From NCBI GenBank assembly GCA_964523875.1, contig CAZGAS010000003.1, positions 1 through 45,410 on the forward strand: a stretch of 45,410 nt of DNA, given 5' to 3'. This stretch comes from an uncultured Planctomycetia bacterium (GTDB taxonomy: Bacteria > Omnitrophota > Gorgyraeia > JABMRG01). Numbering within the stretch: position 1 is the first letter of the stretch; each line of letters begins with the position of its first letter. Below are positions 1 to 9,685 of the stretch, piece after piece. The translations under genes and the position numbers were made by a program. The notes under the pieces were generated by a model. That model was not told the origin of the DNA, ran no database searches, and saw only the letters and a list, made by a program, of their open reading frames with translations.

Positions 1-76
1 TTTTTCAGGTAAATAATCCTTAAACTAGTTTTTTTGAATAAAAACTAGTCGCTGTCCCTAGTTTAATAAAGGTTTT

Positions 77-1720
77 ATGGAAAATATAGTAAAAAAATAT
101 AGATGGCCGCTGTATATTACAGCGGCCATCTTGCTTGGTGCCGTTTTATCAGGATGCGGGAGGGTTCTTCCTGCCATTGATTATACAGAGCCAGGGCAGC
201 CTGCGTACGGCGATACTATTATAGCAGGCTCTATTAGTGACGCGACAACATTTATTCCTATAGTAGCATCGGATTCCGCGTCACATAATATATGCGGCCT
301 TGTGTATAATGGACTTATAACGTATGACAAGGATTTGAATATTGTTGGTGAACTTGCTGATAGTTGGAGTATAGAAGAAGAGGGGCGTGTAATTGTTTTT
401 AACCTGCACAAGAATGTGAAATGGCATGATGGTGCCCCTTTTACAGCGGAGGATGTTAAATTTACCTATGAAAAGCTGATAGACCCTGATGTCAGGACCC
501 CATACGGGGGAGATTTCTTAAAGATAGAATCCTTAGAGGTTATGGATCCTTACACAGTAAAGGTTGTGTACGGGCAGCCTTTTTCACCTGCCCTTTCATC
601 CTGGGGGATGTGGATTATGCCAAGGCATATTCTTGAAAATGAAGATCTTAACAAAACAAAATATGGACGCAGCCCGATAGGTACAGGTCCTTATAAGTTT
701 GTACAATGGAAGAGTGGTCAACGTATAGATTTAGTAGCAAATGATGAATACTTTAAAGGCCGCCCTTATATTAATCGTTATATATATAAGATTATTCCTG
801 ATACCGCGACTATGTTTTTAGAGTTACAGGCCCAGGCCCTGGACACAATGGGCCTTACGCCTTTGCAATATCGCAGGCAGACAAGCGATGATTTTTTTAA
901 GGCTTATTATAACAAGTTCAGATACCCTTCGTTTGGTTATGCTTACCTTGGATACAACCTCCTTGATGATAAGTTTAAGGAGAAGAGAGTGCGCCAGGCA
1001 TTAAACTACGCTGTTAACAAAGAGGCGCTTATTTATGGTGTCTTAATGGGGCTTGGAAGGGTTTGTACAGGACCCTTTGTTCCTGAGTCATGGGCATATA
1101 ATAACCAGCTTAAGCCCGCTAAATATAATCCACAAAAAGCAAAAGAGATGCTTGCTGAAGCGGGCTGGGGGGACAGTGATGGAGACGGGCTTCTTGATAA
1201 GGATGGTGATATATTCGAGTTTACCATACTTACTAATCAGGGAAATGACTTGAGGAAGCGCGCGGCAGAGATTATACAGCATCAGTTGGGTGCTATTGGC
1301 ATAAGGGTAAAGATCAGGATTGTAGAGTGGAGTGTATTCCTGACAGAGTTTATAAACAAGAAGCGCTTTGAGGTTATACTAATGGGTTGGGGTCTGTCGC
1401 GTGATCCTGATTGCTATGATATCTGGCATTCGTCAAAGACTCGTGAAGGAGAGTTCAATTTTATAAGCTATAATAACCCCCAGGTAGATAGTTTACTTGG
1501 GCAGGGAAGGCGTATTTTTAATCAGGAAGAACGCGCGGGGATATATCATAGGATACAAGAAATACTCTACGACGAACAGCCTTATATGTTCTTGTGGGTA
1601 GCGGATAGCCTACCAATAGTTCATAAAAGGTTTAAAGCTGTTTCACCCGCACCGGCAGGTATAGGTTATAATTTTACCAAATGGTACGTACCGGAGGATC
1701 AGCAGAAATATAAACAGTAA
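77..1720 (+). CDS. Peptide/nickel ABC transporter substrate-binding lipoprotein (family 5, OppA/DppA/AppA-like)
   Basis: Lipobox LSGC after a hydrophobic stretch; family-5 motifs [36 protein letters not shown]; first gene of a five-gene ABC operon. Confidence 0.92.
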   Translation: MENIVKKYRWPLYITAAILLGAVLSGCGRVLPAIDYTEPGQPAYGDTIIAGSISDATTFIPIVASDSASHNICGLVYNGLITYDKDLNIVGELADSWSIEEEGRVIVFNLHKNVKWHDGAPFTAEDVKFTYEKLIDPDVRTPYGGDFLKIESLEVMDPYTVKVVYGQPFSPALSSWGMWIMPRHILENEDLNKTKYGRSPIGTGPYKFVQWKSGQRIDLVANDEYFKGRPYINRYIYKIIPDTATMFLELQAQALDTMGLTPLQYRRQTSDDFFKAYYNKFRYPSFGYAYLGYNLLDDKFKEKRVRQALNYAVNKEALIYGVLMGLGRVCTGPFVPESWAYNNQLKPAKYNPQKAKEMLAEAGWGDSDGDGLLDKDGDIFEFTILTNQGNDLRKRAAEIIQHQLGAIGIRVKIRIVEWSVFLTEFINKKRFEVILMGWGLSRDPDCYDIWHSSKTREGEFNFISYNNPQVDSLLGQGRRIFNQEERAGIYHRIQEILYDEQPYMFLWVADSLPIVHKRFKAVSPAPAGIGYNFTKWYVPEDQQKYKQ

Positions 1721-1755
1721 CACAATACACATCACGCAATACGCAATACGAAACT
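1721..1755 (+). repeat. Degenerate heptamer tandem array (CGCAATA family)
   Basis: CACAATA CACATCA CGCAATA CGCAATA CGAAACT fills the entire spacer between the stop at 1720 and the ATG at 1756. Confidence 0.85.
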
Positions 1756-2730
1756 ATGAAGCATTATATTATTAAAAGACTTATTAATATTGTCCCCATG
1801 TTGCTGGGCATATCGATTATATCATTTTGTGTGATACATCTCGCGCCAGGAAGCCCTGTTGATTCTGTAACAACACTAAATCCAAAGGTCTCGTTTGAGG
1901 CAAGAGAGAAACTGATCGCGCAATATGGATTGGATAAGCCGCTCGCTATACAGTATTTAAGCTGGCTAAGAAGGCTCGCGACATTCGATTTTGGAGTATC
2001 ATACAGTGATGGACAAAGGGTTATAAACAAGATTGTGGCTCGTGTACCAATAACATTTCTTATAAATATACTATCCTTATTTTTTATATTGTTGATAGCC
2101 ATACCAATAGGTATAACGAGCGCTGTAAGGGAAGGCTCTTTTTATGACCGCTCTATGACGATTTTTGTTTTTATAGGGTTTGCTATGCCGGGTTTCTGGC
2201 TCGCGCTTATGTTTATGTCATTCTTTGGCATAACCCTCGGCTGGCTTCCTGTGCAGGGCATCATCTCGCTTGGTTTTGACAGGTTATCGCTCCTTGGTAA
2301 GATTCTTGATATTGGAAAACATCTTATCCTGCCTGTTATTGTATCGTCTTTCGGCTCTCTCGCGGCTATGAGCAGATATATGCGGAATAATATGCTTGAG
2401 GTGCTGCATAAGGATTATATCCAGACAGCGCGCGCAAAGGGGCTTTCTGAGAATAGCGTTATATACAAGCATGCCTTAAAGAATGCCATCTTACCTATTA
2501 TTACCATACTTGGACTTTCTGTACCAGGGCTTATAGGCGGTAGTGTTATAGTCGAGTCTATATTCGGTATTCCTGGCATGGGAAGGCTTTTTTATGAATC
2601 AGTTATGGGAAGAGATTACCCCGTGATAATGGCAGTGCTTGTAATAGGCGCTCTATTAACATTGCTGGGAAACCTTTTAGCTGATATATCATACTCATTA
2701 GCAGATCCCAGGATAAGATATGAGAGATAG
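1756..2730 (+). CDS. Peptide ABC transporter permease (OppB/DppB-like)
   Basis: YIIKRL start, GLDKPL..QY, EAA-loop [20 protein letters not shown] end; several TM segments. Confidence 0.92.
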   Translation: MKHYIIKRLINIVPMLLGISIISFCVIHLAPGSPVDSVTTLNPKVSFEAREKLIAQYGLDKPLAIQYLSWLRRLATFDFGVSYSDGQRVINKIVARVPITFLINILSLFFILLIAIPIGITSAVREGSFYDRSMTIFVFIGFAMPGFWLALMFMSFFGITLGWLPVQGIISLGFDRLSLLGKILDIGKHLILPVIVSSFGSLAAMSRYMRNNMLEVLHKDYIQTARAKGLSENSVIYKHALKNAILPIITILGLSVPGLIGGSVIVESIFGIPGMGRLFYESVMGRDYPVIMAVLVIGALLTLLGNLLADISYSLADPRIRYER

Positions 2731-3568
2731 GTATAAATTATACTTATTATATTCTGTATTGTCTAAGAACAGGATAGTGGTCTTTGGCGGGGTATTGATA
2801 GGTGTCCTGACGCTTCTGGCTCTATTCGCGCCTTTAGTCGCCCCATTTGACCCCCTCGATATCAGCATAAAAGATGCCCTGCTTGCACCTTCAAGAACAC
2901 ATATCTTCGGTACAGACCACCTGGGCAGGGATCTATTTAGCAGAATTATCTTTGGGGCGAGAATATCTCTATCAATAGGTTTTGTCGCGGTAGGGGTATC
3001 AGTTTTGATAGGCTTGGTAGTGGGCTCTGTGGCAGGCTACTATGGCAGGAGAGTAGATACAGTACTTATGAGGCTTGTTGATATTATGTTATGTTTTCCA
3101 TCGTTCTTTCTTATCCTTGCGGTTGTCGCGATGCTTGAATCAAGTATAATAAATATCATGGTAGTAATCGGCATAACGAGCTGGATGGGTGTAGCCCGTT
3201 TAATAAGGGCGGAGATATTGAGTCTAAAGGAGAGAGAGTTTATCCTTGCCTCAAGGGCAGTAGGCGCAAGTGACTTTAGGATTATAGTAAGGCACCTTAT
3301 GCCTAACGCTATAGCGCCTGTCCTGGTAAGCGCTGTCCTGGGTGTAGCAGCTGCGGTATTGCTGGAATCGTCATTGAGTTTTTTAGGCTTAGGAGTCCAG
3401 CCACCGACACCGAGTTGGGGCAATATACTTATGGAAGGGAAGGCGTCTTTAGGAGTCTGTTGGTGGCTTATGTTTTTTCCGGGAGTATTTATACTGATGA
3501 CAGTTTTAGGCTATAACCTGTTAGGCGAGGGGTTAAGAGAATATTTTAATCCCAGAAAAAGAATATGA
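2720..3568 (+). CDS. Peptide ABC transporter permease (OppC/DppC-like)
   Basis: [40 protein letters not shown] motifs. Confidence 0.92.
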   Translation: MRDRYKLYLLYSVLSKNRIVVFGGVLIGVLTLLALFAPLVAPFDPLDISIKDALLAPSRTHIFGTDHLGRDLFSRIIFGARISLSIGFVAVGVSVLIGLVVGSVAGYYGRRVDTVLMRLVDIMLCFPSFFLILAVVAMLESSIINIMVVIGITSWMGVARLIRAEILSLKEREFILASRAVGASDFRIIVRHLMPNAIAPVLVSAVLGVAAAVLLESSLSFLGLGVQPPTPSWGNILMEGKASLGVCWWLMFFPGVFILMTVLGYNLLGEGLREYFNPRKRI

Positions 3569-4404
3569 TAAATATAAATGATCTAACAGTAGAGTATTAT
3601 AGTGGCCAGTCAGTCCATGGCGTTACTCGGGATTCTTCAGTAATAAGTGATGAAACAGACACCGGAACTAAGGCTGTTGATAATGTGCGCCTGAAGATTC
3701 CGGAAGGTGCTATTTTTGCCTTGGTAGGAGAGTCCGGTTGCGGAAAAACTACGCTTGGACTTGCCATTACCAGGCTTATCAGCCAGAGAGACGGTAATAT
3801 TACATCAGGTTCTATCCTGCTTGATAATAAGAACATACTCAAGTTGTCACAGAAGGAGCTTGAGAACATCCGTGGAAGGCGGATTTCGTATATATTCCAG
3901 GAGCCTGCTTCATCTTTTAACCCTGTCTTTACTATCGGCCAACAGATAAATGAGGTATTGCTCGCGCATAAGATAACAACAAAAAAGAATGTAAAAGAGG
4001 TTACAATAGAATCGTTATTAAAGGCGCGGCTTGCTGACCCGGAACGCGTATATAAATTATACCCGTATCAGCTCTCAGGCGGTATGAAACAACGCGCAAT
4101 GATAGCTATGGCAATATCCACAAGGCCTAAGTTACTAATAGCGGATGAACCTACAACAGCCCTTGATACCGATACAGAGAATGAGATACTAAAGCTTCTT
4201 TTAGGGTTACGCAAAGAGCTAGCATTGTCTGTGCTTTTTATAACGCACAATATCCGTATTGTGCGGAAAATAGCGGACTGGATAGCTGTTATGCATCAGG
4301 GGAAGATAGTAGAAGTAGGCTTGGCAGAAAAGGTACTAAGGAATCCCAGACATGAATATACAAAACTCCTGCTTTTCTCAATGCCTGAAAAACTAAGGCT
4401 GTGA
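3565..4404 (+). CDS. Peptide ABC transporter ATP-binding protein (OppD/DppD-like)
   Basis: Walker A GESGCGKT, LSGGMKQR signature, Walker B LLIADEPTTALD, PRHEYTKLL. Confidence 0.92.
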   Translation: MININDLTVEYYSGQSVHGVTRDSSVISDETDTGTKAVDNVRLKIPEGAIFALVGESGCGKTTLGLAITRLISQRDGNITSGSILLDNKNILKLSQKELENIRGRRISYIFQEPASSFNPVFTIGQQINEVLLAHKITTKKNVKEVTIESLLKARLADPERVYKLYPYQLSGGMKQRAMIAMAISTRPKLLIADEPTTALDTDTENEILKLLLGLRKELALSVLFITHNIRIVRKIADWIAVMHQGKIVEVGLAEKVLRNPRHEYTKLLLFSMPEKLRL

Positions 4405-4429
4405 GGCATCTTTATTTGAGAGGATTGTA

Positions 4430-5077
4430 ATGATAGAAGTGGTCAATATTACAAAATATTTTGACAAGGAGAAAGTCCTTGATAATCTTAGCTTCAAGAT
4501 AGACTACGGCGAAAGTGTCGGTATAGTAGGAAAATCAGGGTGTGGAAAGACAACCCTTGCCAGAATAATCTGCCGTCTCACAGGCCCAACAGGCGGAAAG
4601 GTCTTATACCGGGGTGAGGATATCTACAGGCTGAAGAGGCGTGCTCTTAAGAAATTCAGGGAAAAAGTCCAGATAGTCTTCCAGGACCCCCTGGCCAGCT
4701 TAGACCCTAAAATGGTTATAAGGCAGACACTCCTTGAGCCCCTTGTTATTCACGAGCCCCATAAGAAGAGGTATCATTTAGAGCGTGTCAGGGCCCTTAT
4801 TAAGAAGGTGGCCCTTGATTATAAGATACTGAACAGGTTCCCGCACCAGCTCTCAGGCGGCCAACGCCAACGCGTAAATATCGCCAGGGCCTTAGCCACA
4901 CAACCGAAGCTTTTAATCTGCGATGAGCCTGTATCAAGCCTGGACCTGCCTATCCAGGCGCGCATCTTAAAGCTTCTCGCCAGATTAAGAAGGGAAGAGA
5001 ACCTGGCGCTTCTCTTTATCTCTCATGACCCTTTTGTTATAAAGGCAATATCAGACAGGGTTATCAACCTGGATTAA
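4430..5077 (+). CDS. Peptide ABC transporter ATP-binding protein (OppF/DppF-like, short C-terminus)
   Basis: GKSGCGKT, QIVFQDP, LSGGQRQR, ICDEPVSSLD; ends soon after the H-loop. Confidence 0.9.
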   Translation: MIEVVNITKYFDKEKVLDNLSFKIDYGESVGIVGKSGCGKTTLARIICRLTGPTGGKVLYRGEDIYRLKRRALKKFREKVQIVFQDPLASLDPKMVIRQTLLEPLVIHEPHKKRYHLERVRALIKKVALDYKILNRFPHQLSGGQRQRVNIARALATQPKLLICDEPVSSLDLPIQARILKLLARLRREENLALLFISHDPFVIKAISDRVINLD

Positions 5078-5092
5078 TTATTCAATTTTTGT

Positions 5093-5121
5093 TTGCACAA
5101 TTCCGCCATTTATTATATAAT
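5093..5121 (+). promoter_or_regulatory. Sigma70-type promoter for argA-leuCDB-asd-truA
   Basis: TTGCAC (5093-5098), 17-nt spacer, TATAAT (5116-5121); SD AAGGAG before the TTG at 5171. Confidence 0.65.
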
Positions 5122-5170
5122 ACAACGATTCTACTTGAGAACCGTTCTTGAAAGACCTAAAGGAGTTTAA

Positions 5171-5662
5171 TTGAAGACTATTATTAGAAAAGCGGATATC
5201 AAAGATGTGCCTAAGATGCAGGGCCTTATAGCAGGGTTCGCGAAGAAGGATCTTATGCTGGCACGTTCCTTAATAGACCTTTACGAGAATATCAGGGATT
5301 ATTTTGTCGCGGAACAGGAAAAGGTTGTTATCGGCTGCTGCGCGCTTCATATCTGCTGGAAAGACTTAGCTGAGGTAAAGGCATTAGCTGTTGATGAAGA
5401 TATCCATGGTAATGGGGTTGGTAGGCGATTAGTCAAGGAAGCACTGAAGGATGCGAAGGCCTTAAGCATAAAAAAAATATTTTGCCTTACCTATGTACCT
5501 GGTTTTTTTAAGGCATTTGGTTTTAAAAAAATAGATAGAAAACTACTTCCTCATAAGATATGGACAGAATGCCTGCAGTGCCCTAAATTTCCGGATTGCG
5601 ATGAACAGGCTATGATGCTCGTATCGCGTACGATGCAATACGAGAGACGAGAGACGAGATAA
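5171..5662 (+). CDS. argA: GNAT N-acetyltransferase, short ArgA-like (N-acetylglutamate synthase)
   Basis: LYENIRDYFV, LAEVKALAV, GNGVG acetyl-CoA loop, LPHKIWTECLQCPKFPDCDE motif typical of short ArgA; TTG start with SD. Confidence 0.75.
   Translation: MKTIIRKADIKDVPKMQGLIAGFAKKDLMLARSLIDLYENIRDYFVAEQEKVVIGCCALHICWKDLAEVKALAVDEDIHGNGVGRRLVKEALKDAKALSIKKIFCLTYVPGFFKAFGFKKIDRKLLPHKIWTECLQCPKFPDCDEQAMMLVSRTMQYERRETR
5618..5661. repeat. Heptamer array (short inverted arm plus CGAGAGA arm) inside the argA 3' end
   Basis: CTCGTAT CGCGTA ... TGCAATA CGAGAGA CGAGAGA CGAGATA followed directly by the leuC ATG. Confidence 0.75.
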
Positions 5663-6942
5663 TGAAACAGACTATAACGCAGAAGATTCTAGCAAGTCAT
5701 TGTAACAAAAGAGAAGTCGCACCGGGTGATTTTATAAACGCGAGAGTGGACTTCTGTCTTGGTAATGATGTTACAGCGCCTTTATCAATACATGAGCTGG
5801 AAAAAGCCGGGATAAAGAAGGTATGGAACAAGGATAAGGTTGCGCTTATACCGGACCACTTTACACCGAATAAAGACGCCCTCAGCGCTAATCATTGTAA
5901 GATATTACAAGAGTTCTCTAAAAAACATAAGATAAAACATTATTTTGAACAGGGCCGTGTCGGGGTTGAGCATGTGCTCTTACCTGAAAAGGGGCTTGTC
6001 GGTCCCGGTGATCTCGTGATAGGAGCAGATTCACATACCTGCACCTACGGAGCCTTAGGCGCGTTTTCAACAGGTGTCGGTTCAACAGACTTAGCGGCTG
6101 TTATGGCGACAGGGCTCTGCTGGTTTAATGTTCCTGAATCTATAAAATTTATATATAAAGGAAGGCTTCCAAGGTGGACAGGTGGTAAAGATGTAGCACT
6201 CTTTACGATTGGTCATATTGGTGTTGATGGCGCGCATTACAAGGCAATGGAATTTACAGGCCCTGTTATAGAAAAGCTACCGATTGATGATAGATTCGCT
6301 ATGTGCAATATGGCTATTGAGGCAGGCGGTAAGAACGGTATTATAGCGCCTGATAAGATAACGCTTGATTATATTAAAACAACAACAGGTAAACGCTACG
6401 CACGGTACGCGAAATCTTCTAAACTTCTAACCTCTGACAAGGGCGCGGAATATGTTGATATACATGAATGGGATATCTCAAAGATAGAGCCTCAAGTTGC
6501 GTGCCCACACCTGCCAAGTAACGTGAAAGGTGTAAGTGCCTTAAACAAGGTTTCTATAGATCAGTCTGTGATAGGTTCTTGTACAAATGGCAGGATATCT
6601 GACTTTCGCGTCGCTGCTAAGATATTGAAAAATAGAGCGGTTAATTCGCGCGTGCGGCTTATTGTGATACCCGCCACCCAGAAGATATATCTCCAGGCCT
6701 TAAAAGAAGGGCTGCTGGAGATATTTACAAAAGCAGGCGCTGCTGTTGAGACACCGACATGCGGACCGTGCTTAGGTGGCCACGCGGGAATATTAGCGGA
6801 GGGTGAGGTCGCGATAGCGACAACAAATAGAAACTTTGTCGGAAGGATGGGGCACCCTAAGTCTTTTGTCTATCTTTCAAACCCCGCGGTAGCGGCAGCA
6901 AGCGCTATAAAAGGCAGGATAACGAGCCCCGAAGAGATATAA
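5662..6942 (+). CDS. leuC: 3-isopropylmalate dehydratase large subunit
   Basis: Aconitase-family motifs GADSHTCTYG, IGSCTNGR, CGPCLG, TNRNF; adjacent to leuD and leuB. Confidence 0.9.
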   Translation: MKQTITQKILASHCNKREVAPGDFINARVDFCLGNDVTAPLSIHELEKAGIKKVWNKDKVALIPDHFTPNKDALSANHCKILQEFSKKHKIKHYFEQGRVGVEHVLLPEKGLVGPGDLVIGADSHTCTYGALGAFSTGVGSTDLAAVMATGLCWFNVPESIKFIYKGRLPRWTGGKDVALFTIGHIGVDGAHYKAMEFTGPVIEKLPIDDRFAMCNMAIEAGGKNGIIAPDKITLDYIKTTTGKRYARYAKSSKLLTSDKGAEYVDIHEWDISKIEPQVACPHLPSNVKGVSALNKVSIDQSVIGSCTNGRISDFRVAAKILKNRAVNSRVRLIVIPATQKIYLQALKEGLLEIFTKAGAAVETPTCGPCLGGHAGILAEGEVAIATTNRNFVGRMGHPKSFVYLSNPAVAAASAIKGRITSPEEI

Positions 6943-6985
6943 AACATTGCTATTATAAAAACAGTGATAAGGCAGGGATAAAATT

Positions 6986-7474
6986 ATGAGGTTAAAGGGA
7001 AGAGTATTTAAATTCGGTGATAATATCAATACGGATGAGATTATTCCCGCGCGCTACCTTAATACCATAGACCCGCGTATACTCGGAAACCATTGTATGG
7101 AGGATGCGGATCCGGAATTCGCGAAAAAGGTAAAAAAAGGGGATATTATCGTAGCAGGCAGAAACTTTGGCTGCGGCTCTTCCAGGGAGCATGCGCCTAT
7201 ATCAATCAAGGCCTGCGGTATCTCGTGTGTTATCGCAGAAAGTTTCGCCAGGATATTTTATCGTAACGCGATAAATATAGGCCTGCCGATATTAGAGCAC
7301 AAGGAGTTATCAAAGGATGTGGAAGATGGGGATGCAATAGAGGTGGACCTCTCTAAAGGAAAGATTCATGATAATACAAGGGGTAATGAGTACCGCACGC
7401 AGGCGTTTCCTGAGTTTATGCAGAGGATAGTTAAGGCAGGTGGGCTGATGAAGTACATAAAAAAGGTTAAATAG
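6986..7474 (+). CDS. leuD: 3-isopropylmalate dehydratase small subunit
   Basis: [34 protein letters not shown]. Confidence 0.92.
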   Translation: MRLKGRVFKFGDNINTDEIIPARYLNTIDPRILGNHCMEDADPEFAKKVKKGDIIVAGRNFGCGSSREHAPISIKACGISCVIAESFARIFYRNAINIGLPILEHKELSKDVEDGDAIEVDLSKGKIHDNTRGNEYRTQAFPEFMQRIVKAGGLMKYIKKVK

Positions 7475-7478
7475 GTAT

Positions 7479-7522
7479 TTAACGCAAAAGGCCTCTTTGC
7501 CGGCGTTAATATAGCGGGCAGG
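7479..7522. repeat. REP-like hairpin ending in GCGGGCAGG
   Basis: Stem TTAACGC (7479-7485)/GCGTTAA (7503-7509) with inner CAAAAG/CTTTG; ends in GGCAGG like the hairpins at 13996-14115. Confidence 0.55.
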
Positions 7523-7547
7523 TATGACACGAAAGGATTGTACTAAA

Positions 7548-8597
7548 ATGTATAAGATAGCTGTAATACCCGGTGATGGAACAGGCCCTGAGGTAGTAAA
7601 CGAGGGATTAAAGGTTTTAAAGGCCGCGTCAGAAAAGTTCAATTTTCAATACGAGACAAAGAGTTTTGACTGGGGCGGCAGGAGATACCTAAAGACAGGC
7701 GAGACTATACCGGAGGGCGGGATTGACGAGCTTAAGGGATTCGACGCTATATTTTTAGGCGCTATAGGAGACCCTGATGTCAAGCCCGGTATCCTGGAGA
7801 AAGGTATATTGCTACAGACGAGATTCGATCTTGAGCAATATATCAACCTGCGCCCTGTAAAGCTTTATCCCGGAGTAGAGACGCCTATAAAAGGTAAGGG
7901 GCCTGATGACATAGATTTTGTTGTTGTTCGTGAAAACACCGAAGGCCTTTATAAAGGAATGGGTGAGTTTCAAAACAAGGGTACAAAAGATGAAGTCGCT
8001 ATACAGATTTCATATAATACGCGTAAAGGTGTCGAGCGTTGTATAAGGTACGCGTTTGAATTTACAAAGAAACGTAATAAGAGAAAAACGCTTACACTAT
8101 GCGGAAAGACCAATGTATTGACATATGCGTGGAGCCTCTGGGAAAGAACATTTTACGAGGTTGCGAAAGAATATCCTGATATAAAGACAGAGTACGCTCA
8201 TGTTGACGCGACATGCATGTGGTTTATAAAGAACCCCGAGTGGTTTGATGTTATTGTAACAGATAATATATTCGGAGATATAATAACGGATCTGGGAGCT
8301 ATGATACAAGGTGGAATGGGAATCGCCGCGGGTGGCAATATAAATCCTGAAGGGGTATCAATGTTTGAACCTATAGGCGGATCCGCGCCAAAGTATACAG
8401 GCAAGAATGTTATAAATCCGCTGGCGGCAATCGGAGCTGTACAGATGCTGCTTAGCCAGATAGGCCAGAGCCAGGCATCGGAGGCTGTTGAAAAGGCTAT
8501 AATGTATGTGACAGCAAACAAGGTAAAGACACTTTCAGCGGGAAAGATGGGTTACTCAACATCAGAGGTTGGTGACCTGGTAGTTGAAAATCTATAA
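7548..8597 (+). CDS. leuB: 3-isopropylmalate dehydrogenase
   Basis: IAVIPGDGTGPEV, NLRP, VRENTEG, DNIFGDIITD, FEPIGGSAP; start moved to ATG 7548 (AAGGA upstream). Confidence 0.88.
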   Translation: MYKIAVIPGDGTGPEVVNEGLKVLKAASEKFNFQYETKSFDWGGRRYLKTGETIPEGGIDELKGFDAIFLGAIGDPDVKPGILEKGILLQTRFDLEQYINLRPVKLYPGVETPIKGKGPDDIDFVVVRENTEGLYKGMGEFQNKGTKDEVAIQISYNTRKGVERCIRYAFEFTKKRNKRKTLTLCGKTNVLTYAWSLWERTFYEVAKEYPDIKTEYAHVDATCMWFIKNPEWFDVIVTDNIFGDIITDLGAMIQGGMGIAAGGNINPEGVSMFEPIGGSAPKYTGKNVINPLAAIGAVQMLLSQIGQSQASEAVEKAIMYVTANKVKTLSAGKMGYSTSEVGDLVVENL

Positions 8598-8600
8598 TAT

Positions 8601-8624
8601 AGGTAAAGGTAGAGGTAAAGGTGG
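8601..8624 (+). repeat. Hexamer tandem array (AGGTAR)
   Basis: AGGTAA AGGTAG AGGTAA AGGTGG; same unit as 21167-21196. Confidence 0.75.
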
Positions 8625-8630
8625 AGTGCT

Positions 8631-9656
8631 ATGAAAAGATATAATGTCGCGGTAGTCGGTGCTACAGGTGTTGTTGGTACCCGGATGCTTGATACCCTCG
8701 CAAAGAGGGGATTTCCTGTTAAGGAGGTGCGCCCTCTTGCGTCGAAAAGATCTATAGGAAAGCAGGTAAGCTTTAAGGGCAAAAAACTAAGGGTAAAGCT
8801 TCTTACAGAGAATGCTTTTTCAGGTATCGATATAGTATTATCAAGCGCTGGAGCGTCTATAAGCAAAAGATTTTTGCCATCTGCTGTTAAGGCAGGGGCG
8901 GTATGCATAGATAATACATCCGCGTACAGAATGGATGCTAAGGTACCCTTGGTCGTGCCTGAGGTAAATCCGGAAGATGTCTTTCGTCATAACGGTATCA
9001 TCGCGAATCCGAATTGTTCTACTATACAGATGGTTCTAGCCCTAAAACCATTACACGATTACGCGCGAATAAAGAGGATAGTCGTATCTACCTATCAGGC
9101 GGTATCCGGTGCTGGCAATCCCGCGCTTTCACAATTGGAAAAAGAGCTGGCTCTTATTGGTTCAAAGCGCAGCGGCAGGCTATCCAAGAGATATAAGCCG
9201 GAAAAGTTTCCTTACCAGATAGCGCGTAACCTTATACCGCAGATAGATGTATTTCTTGATAACGGTTATACAAAGGAAGAGATGAAGATGGTCAATGAGA
9301 CCAGAAAGATTTTACATGATAAGTCTATTGGTATAACCGCTACATGTGTCAGGGTTCCTGTATTTGTCGCGCATTCAGAGGCTGTTAATATAGAGACAAA
9401 AAGGCCCCTTACCCCCACAAAGGCAAGGCAGCTTCTTAAGACAAGTCCCGGAATTAAGATAATAGATAATTTTGCGAAGCTGGAATATCCTATGCCTGTA
9501 GACGCGGCCGGCATGTATGATACATATGTAGGCAGGATACGTAAGGACGAAAGCGTAAAGAATGGTTTAAATCTATGGATTGTTTCGGATAATCTTTTAA
9601 AAGGCGCGGCATTGAACGCGGTACAGATAGCTGAACTGCTTATTAAGAAAATCTAA
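8631..9656 (+). CDS. asd: Aspartate-semialdehyde dehydrogenase
   Basis: VGATGVVG, IIANPNCST catalytic Cys, STYQAVSGAG, CVRVPVF..HSE, DNLLKGAALN. Confidence 0.96.
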   Translation: MKRYNVAVVGATGVVGTRMLDTLAKRGFPVKEVRPLASKRSIGKQVSFKGKKLRVKLLTENAFSGIDIVLSSAGASISKRFLPSAVKAGAVCIDNTSAYRMDAKVPLVVPEVNPEDVFRHNGIIANPNCSTIQMVLALKPLHDYARIKRIVVSTYQAVSGAGNPALSQLEKELALIGSKRSGRLSKRYKPEKFPYQIARNLIPQIDVFLDNGYTKEEMKMVNETRKILHDKSIGITATCVRVPVFVAHSEAVNIETKRPLTPTKARQLLKTSPGIKIIDNFAKLEYPMPVDAAGMYDTYVGRIRKDESVKNGLNLWIVSDNLLKGAALNAVQIAELLIKKI

Positions 9657-9685
9657 TATGTGATATCAAAAAATAACAGGTTCCC

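Noticed and set aside
1165-1212. DSDGDG EF-hand-like motif in the substrate-binding protein as a novelty
   Set aside because: GW.D.DGDG..DKDG loops are common in family-5 binding proteins.
7524-7547. N-terminal extension of LeuB
   Set aside because: Family homology starts at MYKIAV (7548), which has AAGGA upstream.
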